From positions 1,740,001 to 1,772,000 of the forward strand of contig NZ_AP028907.1 of assembly GCF_036323395.1 (NCBI RefSeq): DNA of 32,000 nt, written 5' to 3'. Both the position numbers and the translations under genes were made by a program. Below the pieces are notes generated by a model. The model saw only the letters and a list, made by a program, of their open reading frames with translations. It did not search any database and was not told where the DNA came from. This DNA is from Pyrodictium abyssi. Its GTDB lineage: Archaea; Thermoproteota; Thermoprotei_A; Sulfolobales; Pyrodictiaceae. Below, one piece after another: positions 17,485 to 26,528 of this stretch; positions within the stretch are counted from its first letter, which is position 1, and the number at the start of each line of letters is the position of its first letter.

Positions 17485-19095
17485 TTGCCACAGCGCTCCC
17501 CAGAGCACGAGAAACAGGACCCTTTTGAACTCCTGATCAAGTCCTACGCCCTCGTACCCTTATCCGGCGAGAGAGACTCCAGGGGGCAGCCCGGGCGCTG
17601 GAGCCAGGAGCTCAGCGAACTAATCATGAAGGTTACAGGAGCGCGTAGCAAGCAAAGCCTGTGGAACGAGATCGAGAAGCACCTGGAGAGAATAGACGCG
17701 GCTGTAGAGGCCAGGGCCCCGAGTATAGGGGATATGAGGCTCCTACACTGCAGCACGGTAGTACTGGCACTCCAGACGCTCGTCGCCTACCGGCCAGGGG
17801 TGAGGCTATGGGTAGGCCTAGCAGCCTACGCCGCCGCCCAGACCCTCCACCACGCGCTCCAAGCCCGAAGCCAGCAGCTGCCAGGGGTCAAAGAGCTAGC
17901 AGAAGCACTGAAAGCCGAAGTACTAAGGATCACCGGTAGACGCGTAGAGCCAAAGGCAGGCACCGGGGCACCCGCATCCTTCTACGAGGCGCTCGCAGAA
18001 GCCACGTGGAGGGTAGTACAGGCTGAGCAAGAGTTCGCCGACAGCCTCGGAGCAGCCCTCCTCACGCCAGCGCCCACCCGGGCCCGGGCACTCACCAGGA
18101 ACATAGACAGGGCGTACCGGGAGCTAGCCAGGCTAGTCGACGGCTATAGGCAGGGCCGCGGCGGGGACAGCATCAGCCCACACGCCAGGATAAAGTGCAG
18201 AGTTAGACTGGCGAGCCTCACGAGGTACGCCAACACATGCAGGAAGCTACACAGCCAGCTAGCAAGGCTAGTAGAAGCACTCAGCCACGAAGACACACTA
18301 GAAGCAGTAAACCTAGCCGACCAGCTCACATCCCAGGGCTACGGCCTCCTAGCCCCACAGCTCGGAAGGCTGCTCGAGACAATCCGCCACACCGAGGCAG
18401 CGGCCCTAGAATACGCGGTTACGGCAGCCCTCATAGCCCAGGGCTACAGGCCACTGCCACACCACCGGGGCAAAGGAGCCCAGAGGGAAGAGATAGACTT
18501 CCTAGGCTGCAAAGCCACGGAGACACACAAGTGCGCCGAAGCACTAGCCCTAGAGGCAAAGCTAACACTCAAACAGGGACATGACCCCTGCAAGATAGCA
18601 GCCGAAACCCTCCAGAAGCTACAAAACCACAGCGCCCTAGACCCGAAGCCAGAGAAGCTAAGACTAGTAGTCACATGGCTCGGAGCCCAGAAAGAACAAC
18701 CCAAAACACAGACGCTAACAGTGAGATGCACCAGCCCCACCCAGGACAACACCATAGAATGCAGCCAAGACGACGGCAAAAACCGGGAAGAACTACTAGA
18801 CGCCGTCACGGAGCTATGCAGGCAACACAGCCTCAAAGAAGTAACCATAGAGCTCGTGCACGCCTATAGCCTGGTAAGCAGCTACTGCAGCCAAGCAATG
18901 ATACTAAAACACAACGACTGCAACAAGTGGAAGAAAACAATACAGAAACAAGCCCCCAAGACAAAGCGCCGAAACACCCGCAAAACCCTCCAGGACCAGC
19001 AGGAGAGCCCCGCTAGCACACCCCCGGGGGCAGGCAGCAGAGAGGCCCCGCCAACAGCACAAAGGGACACCAGGCATCAGAAGAAGCAGCAATAG
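17485..19095 (+). CDS. Uncharacterised 536-aa protein: alpha-helical N-terminal region plus candidate PD-(D/E)XK nuclease-like C-terminal domain
   Basis: TTG start preceded by CAGGAGGAGGGG. AALEYAVTAALIAQGYRPLPHHRGKGAQREEIDFLG...EALALEAKLTL gives D338 and E357-x-K359 in the expected arrangement. Confidence 0.75.
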   Translation: MPQRSPEHEKQDPFELLIKSYALVPLSGERDSRGQPGRWSQELSELIMKVTGARSKQSLWNEIEKHLERIDAAVEARAPSIGDMRLLHCSTVVLALQTLVAYRPGVRLWVGLAAYAAAQTLHHALQARSQQLPGVKELAEALKAEVLRITGRRVEPKAGTGAPASFYEALAEATWRVVQAEQEFADSLGAALLTPAPTRARALTRNIDRAYRELARLVDGYRQGRGGDSISPHARIKCRVRLASLTRYANTCRKLHSQLARLVEALSHEDTLEAVNLADQLTSQGYGLLAPQLGRLLETIRHTEAAALEYAVTAALIAQGYRPLPHHRGKGAQREEIDFLGCKATETHKCAEALALEAKLTLKQGHDPCKIAAETLQKLQNHSALDPKPEKLRLVVTWLGAQKEQPKTQTLTVRCTSPTQDNTIECSQDDGKNREELLDAVTELCRQHSLKEVTIELVHAYSLVSSYCSQAMILKHNDCNKWKKTIQKQAPKTKRRNTRKTLQDQQESPASTPPGAGSREAPPTAQRDTRHQKKQQ

Positions 19096-19487
19096 CGTTA
19101 CATGCCCCGGGTACAGTCCCGAGGATACGCTGCGTCTCCCCAGGCACCCCCTGCCTCAAACAGCACGATGCAGCACGCCAGTACCAGGTAAAGACCCCCC
19201 GGGCCAGCGGCCAAGGCTGTGGCTGCGCCTCACCCCCTCCAGCCTCCCCGGGGCTCCCCGGAGCCGGCAGCCCAGTACACCCCCGGCTCTAGAGGAGAGA
19301 AGGCCGCGTGCAGGCCCCCGGAAGCCCTCCGGGTACAGAAGAGGAGCAGGAGCCCACGGGGAAGAGGCCGGAGACGAGGACAGGTGCTCGGCGCCGAGTA
19401 GTGGGCGGAGAGAGCTCCGGGATAGAAGTGGCTCGGAGGGGGAAAAAGAGTCCGTGCATGGGGCTCTGCGGGCCTGGGCCCTGGGGC

Positions 19488-20891
19488 TTAGCTGGCTATC
19501 TTCCTGTAGACCAGTACGGCGGCGACCACGGCTATTATCATGCCTATGATGCCGGCTGCTACGCCTATCATCGCTAGCCTGGAGGCGCCGCCAGCCTTGT
19601 CAGCAGCGTTCTGCACCTGCGTCTGCAGCTGCGCCGCGGTAGCCTGGAAGCTGTCCACGCTGCTCTTCAGCTGGTTGATAGCGTCCTGTAGCTGGCCGAT
19701 GCTCTGCGTAGCCGCCTCCAGCGTGTTGACGCGCTTCTCCAGCGTGTCCACGCGCTCGCCCAGCTTGCCTAGGTCGGCCTGCAGCTTGGCCAGCTTGTCG
19801 CCCAGCTCGTTTATCTTAGCGGACATGTCGTTGAGCTTCGCGGCTAGCTGGTTGATAGCGGCCTGGTCGGCCTTGCCAGCCAGCTGGGCCTGTAGCCCGC
19901 TTATCTGGTCCTGGAGGTCGCTTAGCGCTGCCTGGAGGTCGCCGAGCTGGGCTGCGAGCTTCTCCAGCTCCGCCCGGGCGGCCTTGGTGTCCAGCTGGGA
20001 GGCCAGCGTCTTCACCTGCTCGGCTAGGCTGGCCACGAGGCTGTTCAGCTGGGCTATCTCCTGGTCCACGTACTCCTTGCTAGCAGCCGCCGCGAGCTTA
20101 GCGTCAACCATGCTGGCTATCTCCTGCCTAGCCTGCTCCAGCTGCTGCTGCACGTCCTGGCTGAGCGCAGCTAGCTGCGCCGCGACCTGCTCGGTCACAG
20201 TAGCGTTGAGCTGCTCCAGGGCCTGCTGTAGGCCGGCCACCTGGGCCTCTAGGCTCTTTATCAGGGACTCTAGGCTGGTTATCTTTATCGTGCCCACGTT
20301 GACGCGCTCAGCAGTGCCCACGGTTATGTCGGCTATCCTGGCGGTCGTGTAGCCGGGCTTCTCTACGCGTAGACGGTAGGTGCCAGCGCTCACCTGCACA
20401 GCGAAGCTGCCGCCGCTGCCAGTGGTAGCCTCCTTCACCACCGCGCCGGTGGCGGCGTCGCAGACGTACACTGTGGCGCCAGCCACTGGGTTGCCGTTCT
20501 CGTCAACCACTGTGCCGGTTATCTCGCCGCCGCTCTGCAGGGTGAACGACACGGTCTGCTGCTCGCCGGTGTTAGCGTTCTTGACCAGTATCTGGTAGGC
20601 GCCGCTCGGCCAGTCAGAGGGCAGCTTGATGCTCCAGGAGAAGCTGCCGTCAGCACCAGCGCTTATCTGGTCGAAGACCCTGGTCTCGCCGTTCGGGTCC
20701 ACGAGCTTTATCGTTATCAGGGCGTTAGCGTCCGCCTGGCCGCTCAGCACCAGCGTGTCGCCGGGGAAGTAGACAGCCTTATCCGTCGAAGCGCTCAGCG
20801 CGGCAAGCGCGACCATCGCCTGTGAGGCGGCGAGCAGCACTAGGGCCGCAGCTAGTAGGCCCGTTACCCTTCCTGCACTTATACCCGTCAT
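19488..20891 (-). CDS. SlaB-like S-layer stalk/anchor protein: signal peptide, two beta-sandwich-like domains, long coiled coil, C-terminal TM
   Basis: N-terminal hydrophobic segment (VTGLLAAALVLLAASQAMVALA), PGDTLVLSGQADANALITIKLVDPNG, carboxypeptidase-regulatory-like GTVVDENGNPVAGATVYVCDAATGAVVKEATTGSGGSFAV, about 250 aa of heptads, terminal AMIGVAAGIIGMIIAVVAAVLVYRKIAS. Confidence 0.85.
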   Translation of the reverse strand: MTGISAGRVTGLLAAALVLLAASQAMVALAALSASTDKAVYFPGDTLVLSGQADANALITIKLVDPNGETRVFDQISAGADGSFSWSIKLPSDWPSGAYQILVKNANTGEQQTVSFTLQSGGEITGTVVDENGNPVAGATVYVCDAATGAVVKEATTGSGGSFAVQVSAGTYRLRVEKPGYTTARIADITVGTAERVNVGTIKITSLESLIKSLEAQVAGLQQALEQLNATVTEQVAAQLAALSQDVQQQLEQARQEIASMVDAKLAAAASKEYVDQEIAQLNSLVASLAEQVKTLASQLDTKAARAELEKLAAQLGDLQAALSDLQDQISGLQAQLAGKADQAAINQLAAKLNDMSAKINELGDKLAKLQADLGKLGERVDTLEKRVNTLEAATQSIGQLQDAINQLKSSVDSFQATAAQLQTQVQNAADKAGGASRLAMIGVAAGIIGMIIAVVAAVLVYRKIAS

Positions 20892-20942
20892 GGCCTATCC
20901 CACCTACTCACCATTTCCTCTACTCTCTACACCACACGCCCA

Positions 20943-20966
20943 TACTATATATAGGGGTTTACCCCC
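20943..20966 (-). promoter_or_regulatory. Probable TATA box region for the SlaB-like gene, with adjacent GGGGT-TT-ACCCC inverted repeat
   Basis: Reverse strand reads GTAAACCCCTATATATAG about 55-75 nt upstream of the start codon at 20891. Confidence 0.55.
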
Positions 20967-21063
20967 AACACACAACTCTATACACATGCATCCGAAAACA
21001 ATCACACACTAAGCCAGAGGCTAAAAAGCAGAAACGCCCCGAGAAGCGCGGAGACACGGTTGT

Positions 21064-21068
21064 AAAAA
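21064..21068 (-). terminator. Oligo-T termination signal downstream of the SlaA-like gene
   Basis: Reverse strand reads CACACCCTTTTTACAACC about 55 nt after the stop codon at 21123; archaeal termination commonly occurs at short T runs. Confidence 0.4.
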
Positions 21069-21122
21069 GGGTGTGGGGCAACCCGCTCTAGCCCCCACGC
21101 GTCCTGGGAAACCCTCGGAGGG

Positions 21123-24100
21123 TTACTGGCCTACCTCGATTGACAGCTCTACAGTCTTCTCGGCTAGAGGCTCCATCGTTGTCAGGTCCTTCCACAGCAG
21201 CACCTTCACCGTGTAGGTGCCGGGCTCAGTCAGCACCGGCGTCATCGCAGGCACGTTCACTACGCTGCCAGCCTTCACCACGGACACGCCAGCGTTGAAG
21301 GCCACCGGCACACCGTCCTTGTACACCTGCACTATCACGTACACCTGCACGTCCTCAGCAGCAGTGTTCTCCACCGGTATCACTATCATGGCCTGCTTGC
21401 CAGGCTTCACCTTGCTTATGGTCTCGCCGGTCATCGGGTCCTTCACAGCCACCTTGGTTGTGTCGGGCATCAGCGGCCTACCAGCCACAGCAGCGCCGGT
21501 CACCTTGAAGCTGCCCTTCACCTCGACGTTCTCCTCGCCGTTGGCGCCCAGCTTGTCCACGTACTCTACGTAGACTGTGCTGCCGGCGGGCGCGTATATG
21601 GTGTTGGTCTTACCTATGTCGGCTGGGTTGTCGCTCAGCCTTATCAGGTTGCTGAACACACCAGTGTCTGGGCCGGTCTCTACTAGGGTTATGTTCTTCC
21701 TTATGTTGAGGGCGTCGCTGTACACTATTACCCATATGGTGTCTACGCTGTTGGAGTCCTTGTTGGCGTCGAAGTCCTTCACCTTTATCTCTACTACGCT
21801 GTTGGGCTGTGCCTGCTCTGGCACCTCTATGCTACCGGTCTCGGTGTAGACGTTGACTATCTTGCTTATCACCTTCTCCTGGCCGTTAGCGTCTACCAGG
21901 TCCTTGTAGACTATTACTACGCTGTCTACCGGGTTCACTAGTGTGTCGCTGAGCTGTAGCTCGAAGACGAATGTGCCGTTGTCGCTTGTGCCGGTCGCGC
22001 TGCCTGGGTAGACGTAGGCTATTGCCTTGGTTAGTGTGTCCTGTGCAGCCTTGCTGCTGGATGCTAGTAGCCTGGAGTCAGCTATGGATGTCTTGTTGAG
22101 CACGTAGCCAGCTGCTACACCCGCTAGGTCTGGGTCGTAGACTACTATCTTTATCTTGCCGTATGGGCTGACCTTCTCAGGTGTCACAGTCACCTCAGCA
22201 GTGTGGCTGGATACCTTGAAGCTGTCGCTGCTGCTTACTGTCACTATGGAGCCGCGTACGCTGCCCTTCGCTACTGGGTCGGTGTAGCCTATGGTTATCA
22301 GCTTGCCTATGCCCTCAGAGGCCTTGCCGGAGCCGTATATTAGCTCGAGCAGAGCCTTGGCAGGTATCTCTAGCTTGAACTTGCCGGACTCTACCTCCTT
22401 GAACTTGTAGCCAGCGTCGGTTATCTCCTTGACTGTTAGGCTGGTCTTGGTGCTGCCCTCAGCGCTTAGGCTGAAGGTTAGCCCGCTGGGTAGTGCATCG
22501 TTGCCAGCGCCAGGTATTGTGTCTAGGTCTGGCTCGTACAGCACTATCGTCACGTTGTCGGTCAGCTTGTCTACTATGGTGGGCTCTATTGCTAGTGTCG
22601 CGGACTCTGGGGACTTGACCTGCAGCTCTATTGTCACGTTCTTGTTCACGCTTGTGTCGTTGTACATTATCACTAGCTTGCCGTAAGGCATGTCGCTCCT
22701 AGTTAGTGTTATGTTCTTGCCCTCAATGGTTATGTTCACTGTGCCATCGCTGAAGTATGTTATGTTCAGCGTGCCCTCGAACACGCCAGTGTTTATGTCG
22801 GTCTCAGCTATGGTTACCTTCTGTGGTGTTGCACTGCTCTCGCCCTGCCTTAGGAAGTAGAAGAACAGCGTCACGGTGTCCGGCTTGGAAGCGTAAGTGT
22901 TCGCGTCGCTGTCGTCCACCTCCACCTTGTAGACCACGCTCACGTCTGCACCGTTGGCTGCCGCTATTGGTATGCTGTCAACCGGTATCTTGTTACCGTT
23001 AGCGTCTTCAGCATAGACCTTCACAGTGCCCTGGACAGCAGTTATCTCGATGGTGTTGTTATACCACTGATCATTCAGCGTGTCGTATACGTCTACCTCT
23101 ATCTTGTTGCCGTTAGCTAGGCCTAGCTGGTTCAGGTATAGCTGTATGTTGTAAGTGCCGGTGTTCACGTCGCTCTCGTAGAAGCTCCTCACTATGAATA
23201 CCTTCTCTAGGTCGGTGCTAGTTATCAGTGCGTCGTTCTTCTTTATGTACACCTTGGCTACTGTTAGACCATTGGTACCACCGTAGCGTATCTCGGCATA
23301 GTTCTGCCCACTAGGTATCTCTATGTATAGGAACTCCTTAGCCGCGGCATCTAGGTTGAGGTTGCCGGAGCTTAGTGTCATTGTTACTACCGCGTCCTTG
23401 CCAGCAGTGTTGGGCAGGCTCACCGATACTGGGTGGAACTTGACTGATGTTGCTGCAGACCTCTCTACCTGTGTACTGTCTACAGCATACTTGTCTGTGT
23501 ATGTTGACACTATCTTAGCGACGCTACCATTTACGTATATTATGCCGTTGGTTGTGTCTATGCTAGCAGCGCTGCTGGTCTTCGGTAGTAGTATCTTTAG
23601 GGTCTTACTGAACTGGCCAGCTGTGCTGCCAGAGTCTAGGGTTACTAGCTCGCTTGCAAGCTTGTTGTCATTCTTGTCGTAGAGTGTCACATTCACAGTC
23701 ACAGCTGCAGCGTCTATGTCCTCCACGCTTATTGTGAAGCTGTCACCAGGCTTTACTGTGGACGGTACAGTTATTGTACCGGTCTGTAGCCTTATGAATG
23801 CATCTACCTCTACGCTGCCCTCGCCAGCACCAGCGCCCTCAGTCATCCTCAGCACTACTGGAGCACCGCTTACAGCCACGTTGTCCTGTACTAGGAAGTC
23901 GTAGCTGGGCACCTCGTCCCTACCAGGCATGTACAGCTTAGCTACTAGCACGCCGCTATCCTCGCTCACGGAGTCTATGAACGCATACTGCTCTGGCGTG
24001 TAGGTCACGTTTATTGCGCCAAGCTCTGTCTTGTACTTCACAGCGTTCTCGAAGCCGTTAATGTTAGCAGCTACTTTGGCTGGAATGAATGTTACCTTCA

Positions 24101-25289
24101 CACTGTTAATGGTTACGTTTATCCAGCTGCTGCCCGTTAGAGTGCTGGTCCAGTTGAATACCTTGAACTCGTTAGTACTGTTTGTCAGCACTACGTATAC
24201 TGTACGGTTGTACCACGTACCAGCAGTACCATTTATAGCACTTATGCCTAGCTTCACGAATATTGTAGCGTTCTCTGGCACTTTAGTTGCATTGACGTAT
24301 AGCGCAGCCCACGTGGTAACGTTTATCAGCTGTACCGTTATGTTTATGTCATTTAGGCCATTGGCTAGGTCGCCGGCACCCGCCTCCATGGCTGCCGCCT
24401 TCATGGCAGCACTGCCATCAGCTGTCATGTTGAATATTGGTGTAACTTTAGTGCCAGCAGTCGATATTGTTACACCTACGCTACTGTTAGTGTAAGTTAG
24501 GCTGTCGGTCGCTGTTGGATCAGCTAACAGGGTTGGATCAGACATCTTGAATTCTACTGACTTCTCCGGAGCTATGTCTAGGTATCCGGTGGTCTGTAGC
24601 TCTGCAGCACTCGGACCTAGGTCTATTGTCACTGTTTGGCTGCCTAGGTCGCCTGCGTCTACTGTTACCTTTATGCTGTCTGCGCCGCTCACGTAGAGGG
24701 CGTTTACCAGTGGCCATGCCTTAGTTATGTTGCTCGTGTCGAAGAAGTTGTTGCTGCCACCTCCCACCTCGTATATATTTGTTATGTTTATTACCTTCTT
24801 GCCGTCTATTGCCAGTATTGGGCTTGTCCTCGATAGGCTGTCAGTCAGGTTGCTGGTTATGTAGAACGCTACCTTGCCTACCTTGTTCATGTCATAGTCG
24901 TAGTAGTTTGTGCCGTCAGTGGCGTTTATCTTGGTGCTGCTTGTGTTGGCATAGTCGAAGCCGAATACGCCATACTTGAATGTCTCGTTGAGCGCTATGA
25001 ATACGTGCCACTCGTTGCCGCCTACATAGCCCGCTATTAGTGTGTAGGGCTCGTTTGTGAGCGGGTTGCCGCTGGCGTCGTAGGGTGTTACGAGCACGGC
25101 TGGATACTTGTCGCTAGGCAGGTTCTTAATCTTCAAGAGTATGATGTTGTAGTTGAGCTTTGTCGCTGATACTTCTACTGCTATTGTCTCTGCTGCTGCC
25201 TTGGTTGCTGTTAGTGGGGCTATTATGGGGGCTAGTAGCAGGGCTAGGGTGATTATCGAGGCTATGCGCGTGTTCATGGCTTCTTGCAC
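21123..25289 (-). CDS. SlaA-like giant S-layer/surface protein (1388 aa); start may be the internal ATG giving MNTRIASIITLALLLAPIIAPLTATKAAAE
   Basis: Sec-type signal peptide, Thr/Ser/Val-rich repeated beta-domain segments (FTISVEDIDAAAVTVNVTLYDKNDN; VEIKVKDFDANKDSNSVDTIWVIVYSDA; IKIVVYDPDLAG), no C-terminal TM, directly upstream of the coiled-coil anchor protein. Confidence 0.85.
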   Translation of the reverse strand: MQEAMNTRIASIITLALLLAPIIAPLTATKAAAETIAVEVSATKLNYNIILLKIKNLPSDKYPAVLVTPYDASGNPLTNEPYTLIAGYVGGNEWHVFIALNETFKYGVFGFDYANTSSTKINATDGTNYYDYDMNKVGKVAFYITSNLTDSLSRTSPILAIDGKKVINITNIYEVGGGSNNFFDTSNITKAWPLVNALYVSGADSIKVTVDAGDLGSQTVTIDLGPSAAELQTTGYLDIAPEKSVEFKMSDPTLLADPTATDSLTYTNSSVGVTISTAGTKVTPIFNMTADGSAAMKAAAMEAGAGDLANGLNDINITVQLINVTTWAALYVNATKVPENATIFVKLGISAINGTAGTWYNRTVYVVLTNSTNEFKVFNWTSTLTGSSWINVTINSVKVTFIPAKVAANINGFENAVKYKTELGAINVTYTPEQYAFIDSVSEDSGVLVAKLYMPGRDEVPSYDFLVQDNVAVSGAPVVLRMTEGAGAGEGSVEVDAFIRLQTGTITVPSTVKPGDSFTISVEDIDAAAVTVNVTLYDKNDNKLASELVTLDSGSTAGQFSKTLKILLPKTSSAASIDTTNGIIYVNGSVAKIVSTYTDKYAVDSTQVERSAATSVKFHPVSVSLPNTAGKDAVVTMTLSSGNLNLDAAAKEFLYIEIPSGQNYAEIRYGGTNGLTVAKVYIKKNDALITSTDLEKVFIVRSFYESDVNTGTYNIQLYLNQLGLANGNKIEVDVYDTLNDQWYNNTIEITAVQGTVKVYAEDANGNKIPVDSIPIAAANGADVSVVYKVEVDDSDANTYASKPDTVTLFFYFLRQGESSATPQKVTIAETDINTGVFEGTLNITYFSDGTVNITIEGKNITLTRSDMPYGKLVIMYNDTSVNKNVTIELQVKSPESATLAIEPTIVDKLTDNVTIVLYEPDLDTIPGAGNDALPSGLTFSLSAEGSTKTSLTVKEITDAGYKFKEVESGKFKLEIPAKALLELIYGSGKASEGIGKLITIGYTDPVAKGSVRGSIVTVSSSDSFKVSSHTAEVTVTPEKVSPYGKIKIVVYDPDLAGVAAGYVLNKTSIADSRLLASSSKAAQDTLTKAIAYVYPGSATGTSDNGTFVFELQLSDTLVNPVDSVVIVYKDLVDANGQEKVISKIVNVYTETGSIEVPEQAQPNSVVEIKVKDFDANKDSNSVDTIWVIVYSDALNIRKNITLVETGPDTGVFSNLIRLSDNPADIGKTNTIYAPAGSTVYVEYVDKLGANGEENVEVKGSFKVTGAAVAGRPLMPDTTKVAVKDPMTGETISKVKPGKQAMIVIPVENTAAEDVQVYVIVQVYKDGVPVAFNAGVSVVKAGSVVNVPAMTPVLTEPGTYTVKVLLWKDLTTMEPLAEKTVELSIEVGQ

Positions 25290-25373
25290 CCTTCCTTTCT
25301 CGTGTGCACGTTACCTCTTCTTGGGCCGGTGTGTCTGGTTTGCCTCTCGGGGTTTTTGGGGTGTATGACAGCA

Positions 25374-25395
25374 GGTGTATACACTGGTATACACC
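25374..25395. promoter_or_regulatory. Perfect 9-bp inverted repeat GGTGTATAC-ACTG-GTATACACC upstream of the SlaA-like gene
   Basis: Read directly from the sequence; about 85-105 bp upstream of the SlaA-like start. Confidence 0.6.
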
Positions 25396-25554
25396 CGTGT
25401 GCTATGGAGCCCTAAGGCTTTTAGAGCGACCATGATCACGGTTGATGTCGTGCCTCTTCCGATACTGTCGCCTCCATGTACTATACAGAGTCGAATATCC
25501 AACACACCGGCAGAGCCGAGGGCCTAGACAGAGTTTAAGCCTGGGAGGGACCTG

Positions 25555-25878
25555 CTGGTTATGCTGCTGCCCGTGTCCTGGAGGCTTTGCTGGCTCTGAG
25601 GTTCCTCGAGGAGGGCTATACCAGGAACACTGCTGGCAAGGCGTTCTAGGCCTAGAAGGCCCTGACAGCAGCACTCCTAGCCCTCGAGAGGGACAAGATA
25701 GCAGAGAAGCTAGAGAGGGAATAAGAGGAGGAATGACTACTAGAGAGCGGTGCCCGGGCATTATCTTCCGGCTCAAGCCCCTCGGCAGGCTAGTGGAGGA
25801 CACGGGGGCTACATGGGCTACTACGGCTATACAGCAGTAGCTCTAGGCTTCCACGATTACCAATACCACGGCTTCTAG
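25555..25878 (+). pseudogene. PaREP1-family (HEPN-like) protein remnant
   Basis: GYAAARVLEALLALRFLEEGYTRNTAGKAF-*-A-*-KALTAALLALERDKIAEKLERE, then frame-shifted RLKPLGRLVED and GHGGYMGYYGYTAVALGFHDYQYHGF*. The NTAGKAFQAWKALxAALxA and FHDYQYHG pattern is typical of PaREP1 proteins. TAGs at 25647-25649 and 25653-25655. Confidence 0.72.
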
Positions 25879-25970
25879 CCACAGCCCGTGACAAGCTTGG
25901 TCTCTTTGAGAAATTCACGACGAATATACCGCTACTGTAGAGCTGGTAGAGTTCGACTCTAGCCGCCCCT

Positions 25971-26400
25971 CTAGCCTGCTAGCAGTTTCAACGCAGCTAG
26001 AGCTGTTACCACTACAGTGCCCCAGATGGCGGCGAGCAGACCCATCATCCACTTCATGAGGCCCTATCCGGTCGTACACCTTGTCCATCCGGTCCTCTAG
26101 CCCCTACAAGTCTCCTCCCGCAGCTCCTCCCTCGTTCTGTGCAACTCCTCTCTAGTGGTCATTAGTGGCCATCCTCCTCAGCCTCTCCCTACTTCTTCTA
26201 TCCTCTCCTCCACCCTCTCGCCGAGCTTCTCCAGGTTGTCTCTGGTGGCCACCTCCCGCACCGGTACCCCCGGGAGCAGCGCGCAGAGCCTCCTCGGAGG
26301 CAAGGTCAAAGGCGCGCCGGCGGGCAAGACGCTTGGCGGCATCAAGCCTCTCATCAAGCTCCTCCAGGAGTCGCTCTACCGGAGACGCTCCAGACCCTCC
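25971..26400 (-). pseudogene. Decayed coiled-coil protein with C-terminal TM
   Basis: Reverse-strand fragments in shifting frames: VERLLEELDERLDAAKRLARRRAFDLASEEALRA / LLPGVPVREVATRDNLEKLGERVEERIEEVGRG* / REELHRTREELREE / EDRMDKVYDRI / LMKWMMGLLAAIWGTVVVTALAALKLLAG*. Confidence 0.55.
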
Positions 26401-26528
26401 ACAAGAACAACGGGACAGCCCCGTGTAGGCCCTTCTCAGACACTGGGACCCGAAACGCTAGTATACCGGCGGCATGAAACAAGTCACTGGTATAGCATCC
26501 TTTACACCCGTACAAGGGGCGGAATCCG

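Noticed and set aside
19540-20352. Long plus-strand ORF (270 aa) antisense to the SlaB-like gene
   Set aside because: Ala/Ser/Leu-rich translation of the complement of heptad-repeat codons in a GC-rich gene; no independent motif.
25947-25961. TAGAG-TTCGA-CTCTA resembles a tRNA T-arm
   Set aside because: The loop is only 5 nt, canonical 7-nt T-loop pairing fails, and no acceptor, D or anticodon arms could be assembled around it.
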